Of a stretch of DNA of 64,000 nt, positions 9,268 to 18,515 are shown in pieces. Source of the stretch: Acidimicrobiales bacterium. GTDB lineage: Bacteria; Actinomycetota; Acidimicrobiia; Acidimicrobiales; JAUJNH01. The notes under the pieces are model-generated. The model saw only the letters and a program-made list of their open reading frames with translations. It did no database searches and was not told the origin of the DNA. A program made the position numbers and the translations under genes. Within the stretch, counting starts at the first letter, position 1. Each line of letters begins with the position of its first letter. Where the stretch lies: contig JAUJNH010000005.1 in NCBI GenBank assembly GCA_030448245.1, positions 183,308 to 247,307 of the forward strand. The letters run 5' to 3'.

Positions 9268-10686
9268 CTACAGCTGCAGGCTCTTCACCTCGAGGAACTC
9301 CTCGAGCCCGTGCCGGCCGAGCTCCCGGCCGATGCCCGACTGCTTGAACCCGCCGAAGGGCGCCAGGGTGTTGAAGGCGCCGCCGTTGATCTCCACCTGC
9401 CCCGTGCGGATCTGCCTGGCGACGTCGATGGCGTGCTCCGGCGATGCCGACCAGACACCACCGGCCAGGCCGTAGATCGAGTCGTTGGCGATCTCGACGG
9501 CCTCCGCCTCGCTGTCGTAGGGCAGGATCGAGAGCACCGGGCCGAAGATCTCCTCCTGGGCGATCGTCATGTCGGTGCGCACCTCGGAGAAGATCGTGGG
9601 CTGCACGTAGTAGCCGCGCTCCAGCCCGTCTGGACGGCCGAGGCCGCCGGCGACGACGGTGGCGCCCTCGTCGATGCCCGTCTGGATGTACCCCTGCACG
9701 CGGTCCCACTGAGCCTGTGAGACGAGCGGGCCGAGCCGGCTGTCCTCGCCGAAGGGATCACCAGGAGCGAACCGCTCGGCCGTGCGCCGGGCCACCTCCT
9801 CGGCCTCGGCCAGCCTCGAACGGGGGACGAGCATCCGGGTGAGGGCCGAGCAGGTCTGCCCCGAGTTGAGGAAGCACTTGCCCACGCCGTCGCTCACGGC
9901 CCGCTCGAGGTCGGCGTCCTCGAGGATCACGTTGGCGCTCTTGCCGCCCAGCTCGAGCGCCACCCGGGCCACCCGCTGGCTGGCCAGCTCGGCCACCCGC
10001 TTGCCAGCCCGGGTGGACCCGGTGAACGAGACCATGTCGACGTCGGGATGGCCGGCCAGCGCCTCGCCGACCACGGACCCGGTGCCGGTCACCAGGTTGA
10101 ACAGGCCCGGCGGAAGACCGATCTGTTCGATAATCTCGGCCAGGACGAAGGCGTTGAGCGGAGCGACCTCCGACGGCTTCACCACGACGGTGCAGCCGGC
10201 GCCCAGGGCGAGCGCAACCTTGGCCGAGATCTGGTGGAGCGGGTAGTTCCACGGCGTGATGCACCCCACCACGCCGACGGGCTCGCGCACCACCAGCGAG
10301 CTCCCGATCCGCTCCTCGAACGGGAACCCGTCGACCACTCCGGCGACCGAGCTGAACGAGGCGTAGGGCAGTCCGGCCTGGATGAGCATGCTGTGCTGCT
10401 TCACCATCCCCACCTCCCGGCTCACGAGGGTGGCCAGCTCGTCCATCCGGCCCCCGATGCCCTCGGCGATGCGGGTGCACCACTTCGCCCGCTCCTCGGC
10501 CGGGGTTCGTGCCCACCCGGGGAACGCGGCCCGCGCCGCGGCGACGGCGCGGTCGACGTCGTCAGCCGTCCCCTCGGGGACCGAGCCCATCACCTCCTCG
10601 GTCGCCGCCTCGACGACCTCGATCGTGCCCGTCCCGGCGCTGGCGACCCACTCCCCGCCCACGTAGATCCTGTCCCGCGCGATCAC
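9268..10686 (-). CDS. NAD(P)-dependent aldehyde dehydrogenase
   Basis: Start chosen at GTG 10686 ([14 protein letters not shown]) with GGGAGA SD. ALDH motifs [11 protein letters not shown] and [10 protein letters not shown] are present. The 37 extra N-terminal codons of the track ORF lie in repeat copy A. Confidence 0.9.
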   Translation of the reverse strand: MIARDRIYVGGEWVASAGTGTIEVVEAATEEVMGSVPEGTADDVDRAVAAARAAFPGWARTPAEERAKWCTRIAEGIGGRMDELATLVSREVGMVKQHSMLIQAGLPYASFSSVAGVVDGFPFEERIGSSLVVREPVGVVGCITPWNYPLHQISAKVALALGAGCTVVVKPSEVAPLNAFVLAEIIEQIGLPPGLFNLVTGTGSVVGEALAGHPDVDMVSFTGSTRAGKRVAELASQRVARVALELGGKSANVILEDADLERAVSDGVGKCFLNSGQTCSALTRMLVPRSRLAEAEEVARRTAERFAPGDPFGEDSRLGPLVSQAQWDRVQGYIQTGIDEGATVVAGGLGRPDGLERGYYVQPTIFSEVRTDMTIAQEEIFGPVLSILPYDSEAEAVEIANDSIYGLAGGVWSASPEHAIDVARQIRTGQVEINGGAFNTLAPFGGFKQSGIGRELGRHGLEEFLEVKSLQL

Positions 10687-10690
10687 TGCG

Positions 10691-10955
10691 TCTCCCGCCG
10701 GGCATCGGGCTTCGCTGTCCGCCTGCCTTCCCTCGTCGCTCCCCCGACCCGCCCACAGGGCTCGCCTCCTCCACTCCTCAGTCCAGACAGGCGACACTCA
10801 GCCCTCGCCGGCTCGTACGCTGCGCTCACCCTCACCGTCTCCCGCCGGGCATCGGGCTTCGCTGTCCGCCTAGGGCCCTCGTGGCTCCCCCGACTCGCCC
10901 ACAGGGCTCGCCTCCTCCACTCCTCAGTCCAGACAGGCGACACTCAGCCCTCGCC
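10691..10955 (-). repeat. Two tandem copies (119 and 118 bp, period 147 bp, about 93% identical) directly upstream of the ALDH start
   Basis: Copy A is 10691-10809 and copy B is 10838-10955. Both contain TCTCCCGCCGGGCATCGGGCTTCGCTGTCCGCC...CCCACAGGGCTCGCCTCCTCCACTCCTCAGTCCAGACAGGCGACACTCAGCCCTCGCC. Confidence 0.9.
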
Positions 10956-11508
10956 TGTACGCGGAGTCCCCTCTCAGCCCCAGATGGCTCCGATGACGAT
11001 AGGGCCCTCTGGCAGGAACAGCGTCGAGCGGGCTGGCGGAGGCGGTCGAGCAACGGCCGGCGTCAGCCGCCGGCGAGGCGCTGGCGGCGAGGCGCTGGCG
11101 GAGGCGGTCGGCCGAACGATGGGTCTCGGCCCGCAGGACCGGCTCGAGCATGCTGGTCAGCGGCGAGGAGCCGCCGTAGAGGAGTCGGAGCCGCAGCGTG
11201 CACGGCCCGTCGCCGGTGGCCGGCTCGACCGTGCCCTGCAGCTCCCAGCGCCCGTAGTCGGTGCGGCCCCGCTCCTCCCGGACGAACCGCACCTGCCCCG
11301 GGACACTGCTCTCGGCCCGCACCAGCCGGACCCGCTTCTTCTGGCTGAAGGGCCCGAGCTTGCCCTTGAGGTCGACCATCCAGCCGTCGCCGTCGGGCTC
11401 CACCCGGCTCACCATCCCGTGCCACGACGGGTAGCCCGGCAGGTCGGCCACCTCCGCCAGCACCGCGGCGGGCGGGGCGTCCATCTTGGCTCCCAGGGTG
11501 ACGTCCAC
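10924..11508 (-). CDS. SRPBCC (polyketide cyclase/dehydrase-like) family protein; 3' end probably extended by a 14-bp duplication
   Basis: GTG 11508 lies 2 nt after the upstream stop. Body reads VDVTLGAKMDAPPAAVLAEVADLPGYPSWHGMV...RWELQG. The tail after ADRLRQRL looks non-coding (see finding at 11072-11099). Confidence 0.7.
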   Translation of the reverse strand: MDVTLGAKMDAPPAAVLAEVADLPGYPSWHGMVSRVEPDGDGWMVDLKGKLGPFSQKKRVRLVRAESSVPGQVRFVREERGRTDYGRWELQGTVEPATGDGPCTLRLRLLYGGSSPLTSMLEPVLRAETHRSADRLRQRLAASASPAADAGRCSTASASPLDAVPARGPYRHRSHLGLRGDSAYRRGLSVACLD

Positions 11509-11510
11509 CG

Positions 11511-11963
11511 TCAGGCCGGCTTGACCACCATCAGGATCAGCACGACCAGGAGCAGCACGGTGGCGATGCCACCGCCCAGCTGCACCTTCGACGCCGCCCC
11601 AGGCTCCCCCTCCGCCACGCCGCGCTCCCCTGGCAGCACCAGGGCGCTGATCACCCCACCGATCACCAGCCACAGCAGGAGGGAGATGGCGATCCAGGCG
11701 TCGCTGAACTCGTAGGCGCCGTCGGACACGCCGACGAGGCCGATGCCCAGCACCCCGACGGCCACGAGCGCCGGCAGGTGCACCGCTCGGGTGTTGTTGC
11801 TCGCCGCGCCGGAGAACCGCCGCAACGCCCCCTCGTCGCCGACCAGCCGCCGGCCCACGAGAGGATGGACCACCGCAGGGGCGAAGGCCACGACCACCGC
11901 CAGGATGTGCAGGATGAGGAGCATGTTGTAGACGCCACTGCCGACCTGAGCCAGGATGAACAT
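11511..11963 (-). CDS. Small integral membrane protein (4 predicted TM segments), function unknown
   Basis: 150-aa hydrophobic ORF: MFILAQVGSGVYNMLLILHILAVVVAF... Tightly spaced with the SRPBCC gene. Confidence 0.6.
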   Translation of the reverse strand: MFILAQVGSGVYNMLLILHILAVVVAFAPAVVHPLVGRRLVGDEGALRRFSGAASNNTRAVHLPALVAVGVLGIGLVGVSDGAYEFSDAWIAISLLLWLVIGGVISALVLPGERGVAEGEPGAASKVQLGGGIATVLLLVVLILMVVKPA

Positions 11964-12028
11964 GGCCGGAGGCTACCGACCTGGCCGGCGGCCGGCGGAA
12001 GCTGCCGGCGGCTACGCTTCCCCGGCCC

Positions 12029-12102
12029 GGGCGTATGGCTCAGTTGGTTAGAGCGCTGCCTTCACACGGCAGAGGTCACAGGTTCGAGTCCTGTTACGCC
12101 CA
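12029..12102 (+). tRNA. tRNA-Val (anticodon CAC)
   Basis: Cloverleaf folded by hand: acceptor GGGCGTA/TACGCCC, D arm GCTC-AGTTGGTTA-GAGC, anticodon arm CTGCC-TTCACAC-GGCAG, T arm ACAGG-TTCGAGT-CCTGT, discriminator A. No encoded CCA. Confidence 0.9.
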
Positions 12103-12164
12103 CTTGGAAACCCCCAGGTCGGAGGGGGTGCGGGAGTCGGGACTACCGCCAGACTGACCGTCGT

Positions 12165-12215
12165 GGTGATGACAATGGTGATGAGGAGCCCCGAGACTCA
12201 TTACCCTTGGTGATG
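12165..12215 (+). repeat. GGTGATG(A) repeats between attL core and int (candidate arm-type integrase sites)
   Basis: GGTGATGA at 12165-12172 and 12177-12184, GGTGATG at 12209-12215. The same octamer recurs next to attR (27433-27450 inverted, 27577-27595 direct). Confidence 0.45.
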
Positions 12216-13369
12216 TGCGAGGCAGCATCAGCCGGCGGGGCGACTCCTGGCGCGTGCACGTCTACCTGGGCCTGGACAGCCAGACCGGCAAGCAGCGCTA
12301 CCTGACCAGGACGGTGCACGGCACCAAGCGGGACGCCGAGCGGGTCTGCACCGAGCTGGTAACCGAGGCAGACCGGGGCGGCTTCGGGGACACCTCGGCC
12401 GTGACCTTCGCCGAGCTGGTAGAGCGCTGGCTGGAGCATCTGAAGCCTAACGTCTCGCCCGCGACCCTCGCCGCCTACAAGAACTACATGCGGAAGTGGA
12501 TCCTTCCCGCCCTCGGGACCAGGAAGCTCGACCGCATCCGTCCCGTGGACCTCGATCTGTTCTACGCCTCGCTGCGCCCGCACCTGGCGGGAGCCAGCGT
12601 GCGCAAGGTCCACACCATCCTCCACTCGGTGCTCGGCCAGGCCACCCGATGGCAGCTGATCGGCACCAACCCGGCGGCAGCGGCCACCCCGCCCCGGTTC
12701 GACAAGCCGGCCATCAACCCTCCGACACCAGAGGAGGTCGGCCGCCTTCTCGCCGCCGCCGACGAGCGCGACCCCGAGTTCGGGCTGTTCCTCCGCCTCG
12801 CCGCCGTCACCGGCGCCCGACGTGGCGAGCTGTGCGGCCTCCGCTGGACCGACTACGACCCGGCGGCGGGCGAGATCGTCCTGCGCCGATCCATCGTCCA
12901 GGGCGAGGACGGCGTCGAGGTGAAGAAGACCAAGACGAACCGCGACCGCCGTCTGGCCGTCGACGCCACCACCGTCGCCGCCCTCGACCGCCACCACGGG
13001 ATGGTCGAGAGGCGAGCCAAGGACTGCGGAGGCCGGCTGGCCAGCGGCGCCTACATCTTCTCCAGGGACGTCGAAGGCCTCGAGCCGTGGCGCCCCGACT
13101 CCGGCGTCACCGGTCGGTTTGCCGCCCTCCGCTCGAGCATCGGCCTCCCGCATGTCCGCCTCCACGACCTCCGCCACTACGTGGCCACCCGCCTCCTCGA
13201 CGCCGGCGTCCCCGTCCGCTCCGTCAGCGAGCGCCTCGGCCACGCCAGCGCCACGACGACCCTGACCATCTACGCCGCCCCCGTCCCAGCCACCGACCGC
13301 CGAGCGGCCGAGATCCTGGGGAACCTGCTGGCAAGTGAAGACGTCGCGACGCCCCCGAGCGACTCCTGA
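12215..13369 (+). CDS. int: Tyrosine recombinase / phage-type integrase
   Basis: 384 aa. N-terminal SAM-like domain, then a catalytic region with ...TGARRGELCGLRW...HDLRHYVATRLLDAGVPVRSVSERLGHASATTTLTIYA (R..HxxR..Y pattern). Confidence 0.9.
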   Translation: MRGSISRRGDSWRVHVYLGLDSQTGKQRYLTRTVHGTKRDAERVCTELVTEADRGGFGDTSAVTFAELVERWLEHLKPNVSPATLAAYKNYMRKWILPALGTRKLDRIRPVDLDLFYASLRPHLAGASVRKVHTILHSVLGQATRWQLIGTNPAAAATPPRFDKPAINPPTPEEVGRLLAAADERDPEFGLFLRLAAVTGARRGELCGLRWTDYDPAAGEIVLRRSIVQGEDGVEVKKTKTNRDRRLAVDATTVAALDRHHGMVERRAKDCGGRLASGAYIFSRDVEGLEPWRPDSGVTGRFAALRSSIGLPHVRLHDLRHYVATRLLDAGVPVRSVSERLGHASATTTLTIYAAPVPATDRRAAEILGNLLASEDVATPPSDS

Positions 13370-13674
13370 CGACTGTGACGTCGAGAACCAGCGAACCAGC
13401 CCGTTCACGCTCCGTCCGGCCCGAGTTCGGCGTACGCGACGGTGCCCATGTGCCCGCGCGTTATAGAGCGATTAGCGCCGGCATATCGCCGGATATAGAG
13501 CGCGTGGTGGGTGGGAGTCGTCTCTTCGCGACCCGATCCGTTTGCACCTCTGGCGCCGGTGGCTGTGGGAGAACTTGCTCGGAAGGGAGGGGGACCTGCA
13601 ACAGGTCGGGTCATGGGAGGCCAAGGCCGATGTTGACTGCGGGAGCCGGTCTCGGTGGCTGCGGTTGCCGGAGG

Positions 13675-15150
13675 TCAGCGTGTGGCGGTTGCGTTGTTCG
13701 ATGCGGTTGACCAGGAGCTGGAGCCGATGGTGTTGGTGGCCTGGACCGTGGCGTAGTAGGTGGTCCCGGCGCTGAGGCCGCCGATGGTGGTTTTGAGCGT
13801 GGATCCGCTGACCGTTGCGGTCTTGACGACGGTTCCGTCGGAGGATCGGTGGATGCGGATGCTGTAGCCGGTGATTGGGCTGCCACCGTCGGCGGGGGCG
13901 GTCCAGGCGGCGGTGACGGCTCGCTTGGCGCCGGTGGCGGTGGGGGCGTTCGGGGTGGCTGGTGCAGTGGCGGTGGCGGTGGGGGTGAGGCGGGAGTAGG
14001 CGAGGCGGTTGGGGGTGCCTGCGGTGTCGGTGATGACGTTGGTGGTGGCGCCGTTGATGATGGCGCTGCTGACGGTGCCGGGGGTGGCGGTGGGGGAGGC
14101 TGACAGGTAGAGGGCGGCGGTGCCGGCTGTGTGGGGGGCGGCACTGGAGGTGCCGCTCATGGTGGCGGTGGCGGTGTCGGAGCTGTGGGAGGCGGAGGTG
14201 ACGCCCGTGCCGGGGGCGAACAGGTCGACGCAGCTGCCCCAGTTGGAGTAGGAGGCTCTGGCGTCGGTGGAGGTGGATGCGGCCACGGTGAGCGCTTCGG
14301 CGACCCGGGCGGGGGAGGTGGTGCAAGCGTCGATGTTCTCGTTGCCGGCGGCGACGGTATAGGTGACGCCATCGGTGATCGAGTTGCGCATGGCAGTGTC
14401 GAGGGAGCTGCTGGCGCCGCCACCGAGGCTCATGTTGGCGGCGGCGGGCGTGCCGGGCTGGTGGTGGGAGGTGACCCAGTCGACGCCGGCGATGACACCG
14501 GACATGCTGCCGGCGCCGGTGCAGTCGAGGACCCGCACAGGGACCACGGTGACCGCTTTGGCGGCGCCGTAGGTGGTGCCGGCGACGGTGCCGGCAACGT
14601 GGGTGCCGTGGCCGTTGCAGTCGCTGGTCCCGTAGCCGTCGTTGATGGCGGTGTAGCCGGGAGCGACCCGGCCGGCGAGGTCGATGTGGGTGGCCCGGAC
14701 TCCGGTGTCGATGATGTAGACGGTCACGCCGGAGCCGGTGTGGTCATAGGTGTAGGAGCTGTCGAGGGGACGGCTGTGTTGGTCGACGCGGTCCAGGCCC
14801 CAGGTGGGGTTGGTCTGGGTGCCGCTGGCCCGCACGGGCCCGTCTCGCTCCACCCATTGCACCCGGCCGTCGCCGCGGATCTGTTCGGCCAGGTCCGGGC
14901 CGACCCGGGCGGCGAAGCCAGACAGGGCGTGGCTGTAGACGTGGGAGATCTCGGCGCCCCGACCCCGGAACTCCGCGGCGGTGGCGGCGGCGTCTGCACC
15001 GGGCCGCAAGGTGACGATGAACGAAGCCCGCTCGGCGGCTTGGAGGTTCGCCGGTGGGGCGCTGGGAGCAGCGGCCGCAGGAGAGGCGCCGAGGGCGGCG
15101 GCGCCGGTGGTGAGGCAGACGAGGGGGCGAAGCAGGGACAGACGGGACAA
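13675..15150 (-). CDS. Secreted subtilisin-like S8 serine protease with I9 propeptide and a C-terminal fibronectin type III domain
   Basis: TTG 15150 with GGAGGG SD, signal peptide LSLLRPLVCLTTGAAALGASPAAA. Catalytic triad contexts: D in YIIDTGV, H in HGTHVAGT, S in MSGTSSAAPH. FN3-like tail: GSPITGYSIRI...GTTYYATVQATN. Confidence 0.85.
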   Translation of the reverse strand: MSRLSLLRPLVCLTTGAAALGASPAAAAPSAPPANLQAAERASFIVTLRPGADAAATAAEFRGRGAEISHVYSHALSGFAARVGPDLAEQIRGDGRVQWVERDGPVRASGTQTNPTWGLDRVDQHSRPLDSSYTYDHTGSGVTVYIIDTGVRATHIDLAGRVAPGYTAINDGYGTSDCNGHGTHVAGTVAGTTYGAAKAVTVVPVRVLDCTGAGSMSGVIAGVDWVTSHHQPGTPAAANMSLGGGASSSLDTAMRNSITDGVTYTVAAGNENIDACTTSPARVAEALTVAASTSTDARASYSNWGSCVDLFAPGTGVTSASHSSDTATATMSGTSSAAPHTAGTAALYLSASPTATPGTVSSAIINGATTNVITDTAGTPNRLAYSRLTPTATATAPATPNAPTATGAKRAVTAAWTAPADGGSPITGYSIRIHRSSDGTVVKTATVSGSTLKTTIGGLSAGTTYYATVQATNTIGSSSWSTASNNATATR

Positions 15151-15297
15151 CGGGCCCTCCGGGGCTGGGTGAAGCGCAACTGCGGGATGGTGTGGGGTGC
15201 GTTGAAGCAGGCGAACACACACCGGCTCGGTTGCTGATCGGCATCCTCGGCCAAGACCTGAAGCTTTTCGGGCGACGACGGGCACCGCCGCCGAGAC

Positions 15298-15843
15298 ATG
15301 CCTTTGCGTGAGCTCAGGAAGTGGCACATGCCGTCGATGGTTGAGGTCGTGGGGGGACGGGGTGGCAGGGTGTCCGACTGGGCCGGCGAGTCGTTCGACG
15401 AGTTCCTGTCGGCGACCCAGTCCGGTGCAGGCTGGGCCGCCGAGCGGCTGTGGACACCGCTGGCGCCGGCACTCGCCGGTTACCTGGCGGCCCGGGGAGC
15501 AGCGAAGCCGGATGACCTGACCACTGAGGTGTTCCTCGGGGTGTTCCCGAGCCTGGGCACGTTCTCGGGCTCAGAGGAGCAGTTCCGGTCTTGGATGTTC
15601 ACCATCGCCAACCGCCGCCTGACCAACGAGCGGCGTCGGACCAGGTGTCGCCCTCCGCCGGCTGGTGGGTTGGAGGCGGAGGACGGGCCGCCCAGTCCGA
15701 CCGCCGAGCACGTAGCCCTCCACCGGCTGAGCGTGGAGCGGGTCCTGACGCTGTGCGACCGGCTGGTCCCCGACCAGCGTGATGTGAAGAACGGAGCCAC
15801 CCGGCGTGCCTTCGTACCACCTCGGTGGGTGCTCGATGTCTGA
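15298..15843 (+). CDS. ECF-type sigma-70 family protein lacking the region 4.2 HTH (likely truncated or inactive)
   Basis: Region 2 is present (DDLTTEVFLGVFPSLGTFSGSEEQFRSWMFTIANRRLTNERRR). After LVPDQRDV the expected LLLR..G.s..EiA HTH is replaced by an 18-aa tail, and no HTH appears in the other frames. Confidence 0.6.
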   Translation: MPLRELRKWHMPSMVEVVGGRGGRVSDWAGESFDEFLSATQSGAGWAAERLWTPLAPALAGYLAARGAAKPDDLTTEVFLGVFPSLGTFSGSEEQFRSWMFTIANRRLTNERRRTRCRPPPAGGLEAEDGPPSPTAEHVALHRLSVERVLTLCDRLVPDQRDVKNGATRRAFVPPRWVLDV

Positions 15844-16075
15844 GGACCTCTCTTCTGGAGCCGATGCCGGGGTCCCCGGCCGTGCCGGATTGCTCATCAT
15901 CCGAGTGTGGATCGAGGAGGGGTCCTCCGACTCACTTCGAGCCAACGTTCGGATCGCGAGCGACGTCTCCGTCGGGTTCGATCGGGAGTTGACGCTCACC
16001 GAGCCCGGTGCCGTGTGCACCACGGTCGCCGAGTGGCTGGACGCCTTCACGGCACAGCCAGAGCAGGGGAGCTGA
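15836..16075 (+). CDS. Small hypothetical protein translationally coupled to the ECF sigma gene
   Basis: The ATG overlaps the sigma stop. Sequence MSEDLSS...LLIIRVWIEEGSSDSLRANVRIASDVSVGFDRELTLTEPGAVCTTVAEWLDAF. No recognised family. Confidence 0.45.
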   Translation: MSEDLSSGADAGVPGRAGLLIIRVWIEEGSSDSLRANVRIASDVSVGFDRELTLTEPGAVCTTVAEWLDAFTAQPEQGS

Positions 16076-16632
16076 GCTGGCCAGGAGGTAGCCGGTAGCG
16101 TCGGCGACGGCCCGGTCGGCGAGGCTTGCACCCGGATCACCGCGACGCATCCGGAAGCTGGCCGAGGTCCTTCGGGTCGAGGTGTCGGACCTCATGCGCT
16201 ACGCCGGCTACCTCCCCGAGGGCGAGCCGCCGGGCGCCCATCGGCCGCTGGCCAGGTGAGCGACCTGACCACCAGCTGATCGTTCTCATCGACTGTGATG
16301 AGAGGAGTACCGGGGGGCGTCCCGGGCTTCGGCTGGAGGACCCGCGTCGACTGTTAGACGGCGACTGGTTCGCGAGCGCGCCTGATAGGGCTAAGGTGCC
16401 CTTTGAAGGCTAGAACCTTCGGCACAGGCGGCGGGTTGCTGCGGAAGGCGGGTGGTGCAGTGGACGAGGCTGAATTGATCTGCGGACGGCAGGCGCCGCC
16501 GACCTCGGCGGGCTCCGGATCCCGGCGATCTCGGTGATGGAGGGCGACCGGGCGGAGGACGCTGCTGGGGAGGCCTCGGCCGACGGGTCTGGTGGAGATC
16601 CGCACAAGATGCTCGAGAACCAGCGGGCGCGG

Positions 16633-17336
16633 ATGACCGGTGACAACAGGCTGGGGCTGTTGGGCGGCTTTGTCTTCTCGGTGGGGGGTGACGTTCTGCT
16701 TGGGGTCTCGACCGGTTCGCAGCGGCTGCTCGCCTTTTTGGCCGTGCGTGACCGGTTGACGATGCGTGACCATGTGGCTGGGACGCTGTGGCCGGAGTCG
16801 TCCGATGAGCGTGCCGGAGCCAGCCTACGATCCGCGTGTCGCGCCTGGACGGTCCGATCCGCCAGGCATTGGAAGTGACCGCGTCGGATCTGAGCCTGTC
16901 CGAGGGTGTGGCCGTTGATGTGCACAGCTCCCGGGCCTTGGCTCACCGGCTGATCGACCGAGGGGTCGCCCGTTCTGAGGGGGACATCGGGGCCGGGGCG
17001 GTCTCGTCCCTGTTGGACGATCTGCTGCCGGGGTGGTACGACGACTGGGCCATCATTGCCGCTGAGGACTGGCGCCAGCTGCGGTTGCACGCTCTTGAGG
17101 CGGTGGCGGCCCGGCTGACCGAAGCCGACCGCTTGGCCGAGGCAGCCGTTGCCGCGATGGCTGCGGTGCGAGCCGAACCGTTGCGGGAGAGCGCTCGCGC
17201 CGCGCTCATACGGGTCCACCTGGCCGAGGGGAACCAGTCGAACGCCCATGGGGAGTTCGAGCGCTACCGGGTGCTGCTCCGCGCTGAGCTGGGCGTGGCA
17301 CCGACGCCGCGCCTGCGCCAGCTCCTCGACGCGTAG
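16633..17336 (+). pseudogene. SARP/AfsR-type regulator (OmpR-like winged helix + BTAD domain) with a frameshift near 16836
   Basis: Frame 1 reads LGLLGGFVFSVGGDVLLGVSTGSQRLLAFLAVRD..MRDHVAGTLWPESSDERAGASLRSA. It continues in another frame as SRLDGPIRQALEV...LLPGWYDDW...RAALIRVHLAEGNQSNAHGEFERYR.LL.AELGV.P. Confidence 0.7.
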
Positions 17337-17339
17337 TCG

Positions 17340-17790
17340 GGCAAAGGGAGATCTTCCTGGGGGCGGCCCGCTCCGCCCGCATCTCGTCGGTAGCGCAACT
17401 CCATGTCGTCCCGAGGGTGTCTTCGGTGAAGCCGCCGGCAGAGCACCAAGTCCCAGCGGAGGAGCCCGAAGGTGCCGGAGATGATCAGGTTCCGCGGCGT
17501 GCAGTCGCGCCAGCCCTAGCTCAAGGGCGCGTCTGCCCCCTCGGTTACCCTGCGGGCGTCCGGTGAGGTCTGATCGGGCCGACGCGACACGAACGGGCTT
17601 CGAGCCACGCCCAAGCCTCTGCGAGCCGGTCGGCCATTCCAGGCGTGGCGAGATGATCTGCGTGCCAGGACTGGTTCTCCACGTGCCAGCTATGGACGTT
17701 CCACCCGTTGCGGTCCCGGAAGTCGGCTAGCACCAGTAGCGCGAGGTGGGGATGGGAAGCTGTAACAGCTCCTGCGACGTGTGCTCCCAC
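17340..17790 (-). pseudogene. Remnant of a phosphotransferase (APH/kinase-like) gene
   Basis: Fragments in two frames: ...WHADHLATPGMADRLAEAWAWLEA... and ...RDCTPRNLIISG..., which resembles the HxDxxPxN catalytic loop. Weak call made by eye. Confidence 0.3.
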
Positions 17791-17855
17791 AACTTCACGC
17801 CTTCACGCTAGGACCTAGGGCTGCCTGGGGCCCCCTCAGGACCAGACCCATGCGG

Positions 17856-17890
17856 CGCCCGGGATCGGCACCTCCTGCTCGCTCGGTAAC
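17856..17890 (+). promoter_or_regulatory. Island motif copy 1 (CGCCCnnnnTCGGCAC-N15-TAAC)
   Basis: CGCCCGGGATCGGCACctcctgctcgctcggTAAC. Lies 93 nt upstream of the GTG 17983 ORF. Confidence 0.45.
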
Positions 17891-17982
17891 GCGGGCTGCT
17901 CGAGGCGAGCGTTGTGTTGCGGCGCCAGACCTGCCTCTCCCTCCATGGTCCGTCCGTCACGGCACGTGGATAGGCTCCGCTG

Positions 17983-18285
17983 GTGGCAAGACCGTGGTGG
18001 CTCGAGCCGACGGGCCTTCCTCCGGCTGACCGGAGGAAGCTGGCCGCCGGGCCGACGGAGGCCGACATCCGTCGCAGCCGCTGGCTGCGAAGCCACCGCG
18101 TCCTGGTTTCCATCGTGAGCGGGACCCTATGGGGGTTGGTCTGCGGCCTGGTTTTCTGGCTGCTCCTGGATCACAACCTGATGGTCCTCATCGGTTGGCT
18201 GGTCGCTGGATTGGTAGTGCAGGGTCCGATATCCACGATGATGCTGATGCGGCAGTTGGACAGGTCGTCGCAGCGCAACCAGTAG
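17983..18285 (+). CDS. Small membrane protein with an N-terminal RPWW motif (paralog of 23513-23815)
   Basis: 100 aa: VARPWWLEPTGLPPADRR..., then two hydrophobic helices (VLVSIVSGTLWGLVCGLVFWLLL, MVLIGWLVAGLVV). Lower GC than the surroundings. Confidence 0.5.
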   Translation: MARPWWLEPTGLPPADRRKLAAGPTEADIRRSRWLRSHRVLVSIVSGTLWGLVCGLVFWLLLDHNLMVLIGWLVAGLVVQGPISTMMLMRQLDRSSQRNQ

Positions 18286-18366
18286 TGATCGTCCGGCAGG
18301 ACTTCACCGGAGGCACTCTCGCTGACGAGACCGGTCACTTGTCGTTCAACACCGTGGCTCCTCACC

Positions 18367-18401
18367 CGCCCGGGATCGGCACGTGCCGAGCGTCCGGTAA
18401 C
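18367..18401 (+). promoter_or_regulatory. Island motif copy 2
   Basis: CGCCCGGGATCGGCACgtgccgagcgtccggTAAC. Lies 115 nt upstream of a possible GTG 18516 ORF. Confidence 0.4.
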
Positions 18402-18515
18402 GCTCCACGTGGAGAGGCTGCCGCCCGAGGCGCGTTACAACGCCCTCGGCGTTGCCAGCAGCACTGGTTACCGCCGGGTCGAGTTCCTGGTCACGCTTGT
18501 GGAGATGCCCTGAAC

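Noticed and set aside
10691-10955. Possibility that the tandem repeats are a CRISPR array
   Set aside because: There are only two copies. The units are about 118 bp with a 28-bp spacer, there is no short palindromic repeat structure, and there are no cas genes in the window.
6482-10955. Apparent similarity between the cobO-cobB spacer units and the ALDH leader repeat (shared CCCACAGGG(G)CTC and GGCT(T)CGC..TGTC strings)
   Set aside because: The shared blocks are short (12-13 nt) and GC-rich, and the overall alignment is poor. I cannot exclude chance without a statistical alignment, so the two repeats are reported separately.
16143-16258. XRE-type HTH C-terminal fragment (RRIRKLAEVLRVEVSDLMRYAGYLPEGE)
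   Set aside because: Only about 30 residues resemble the family, and there is no start or N-terminal helices. It is mentioned in a finding but not annotated as a feature.
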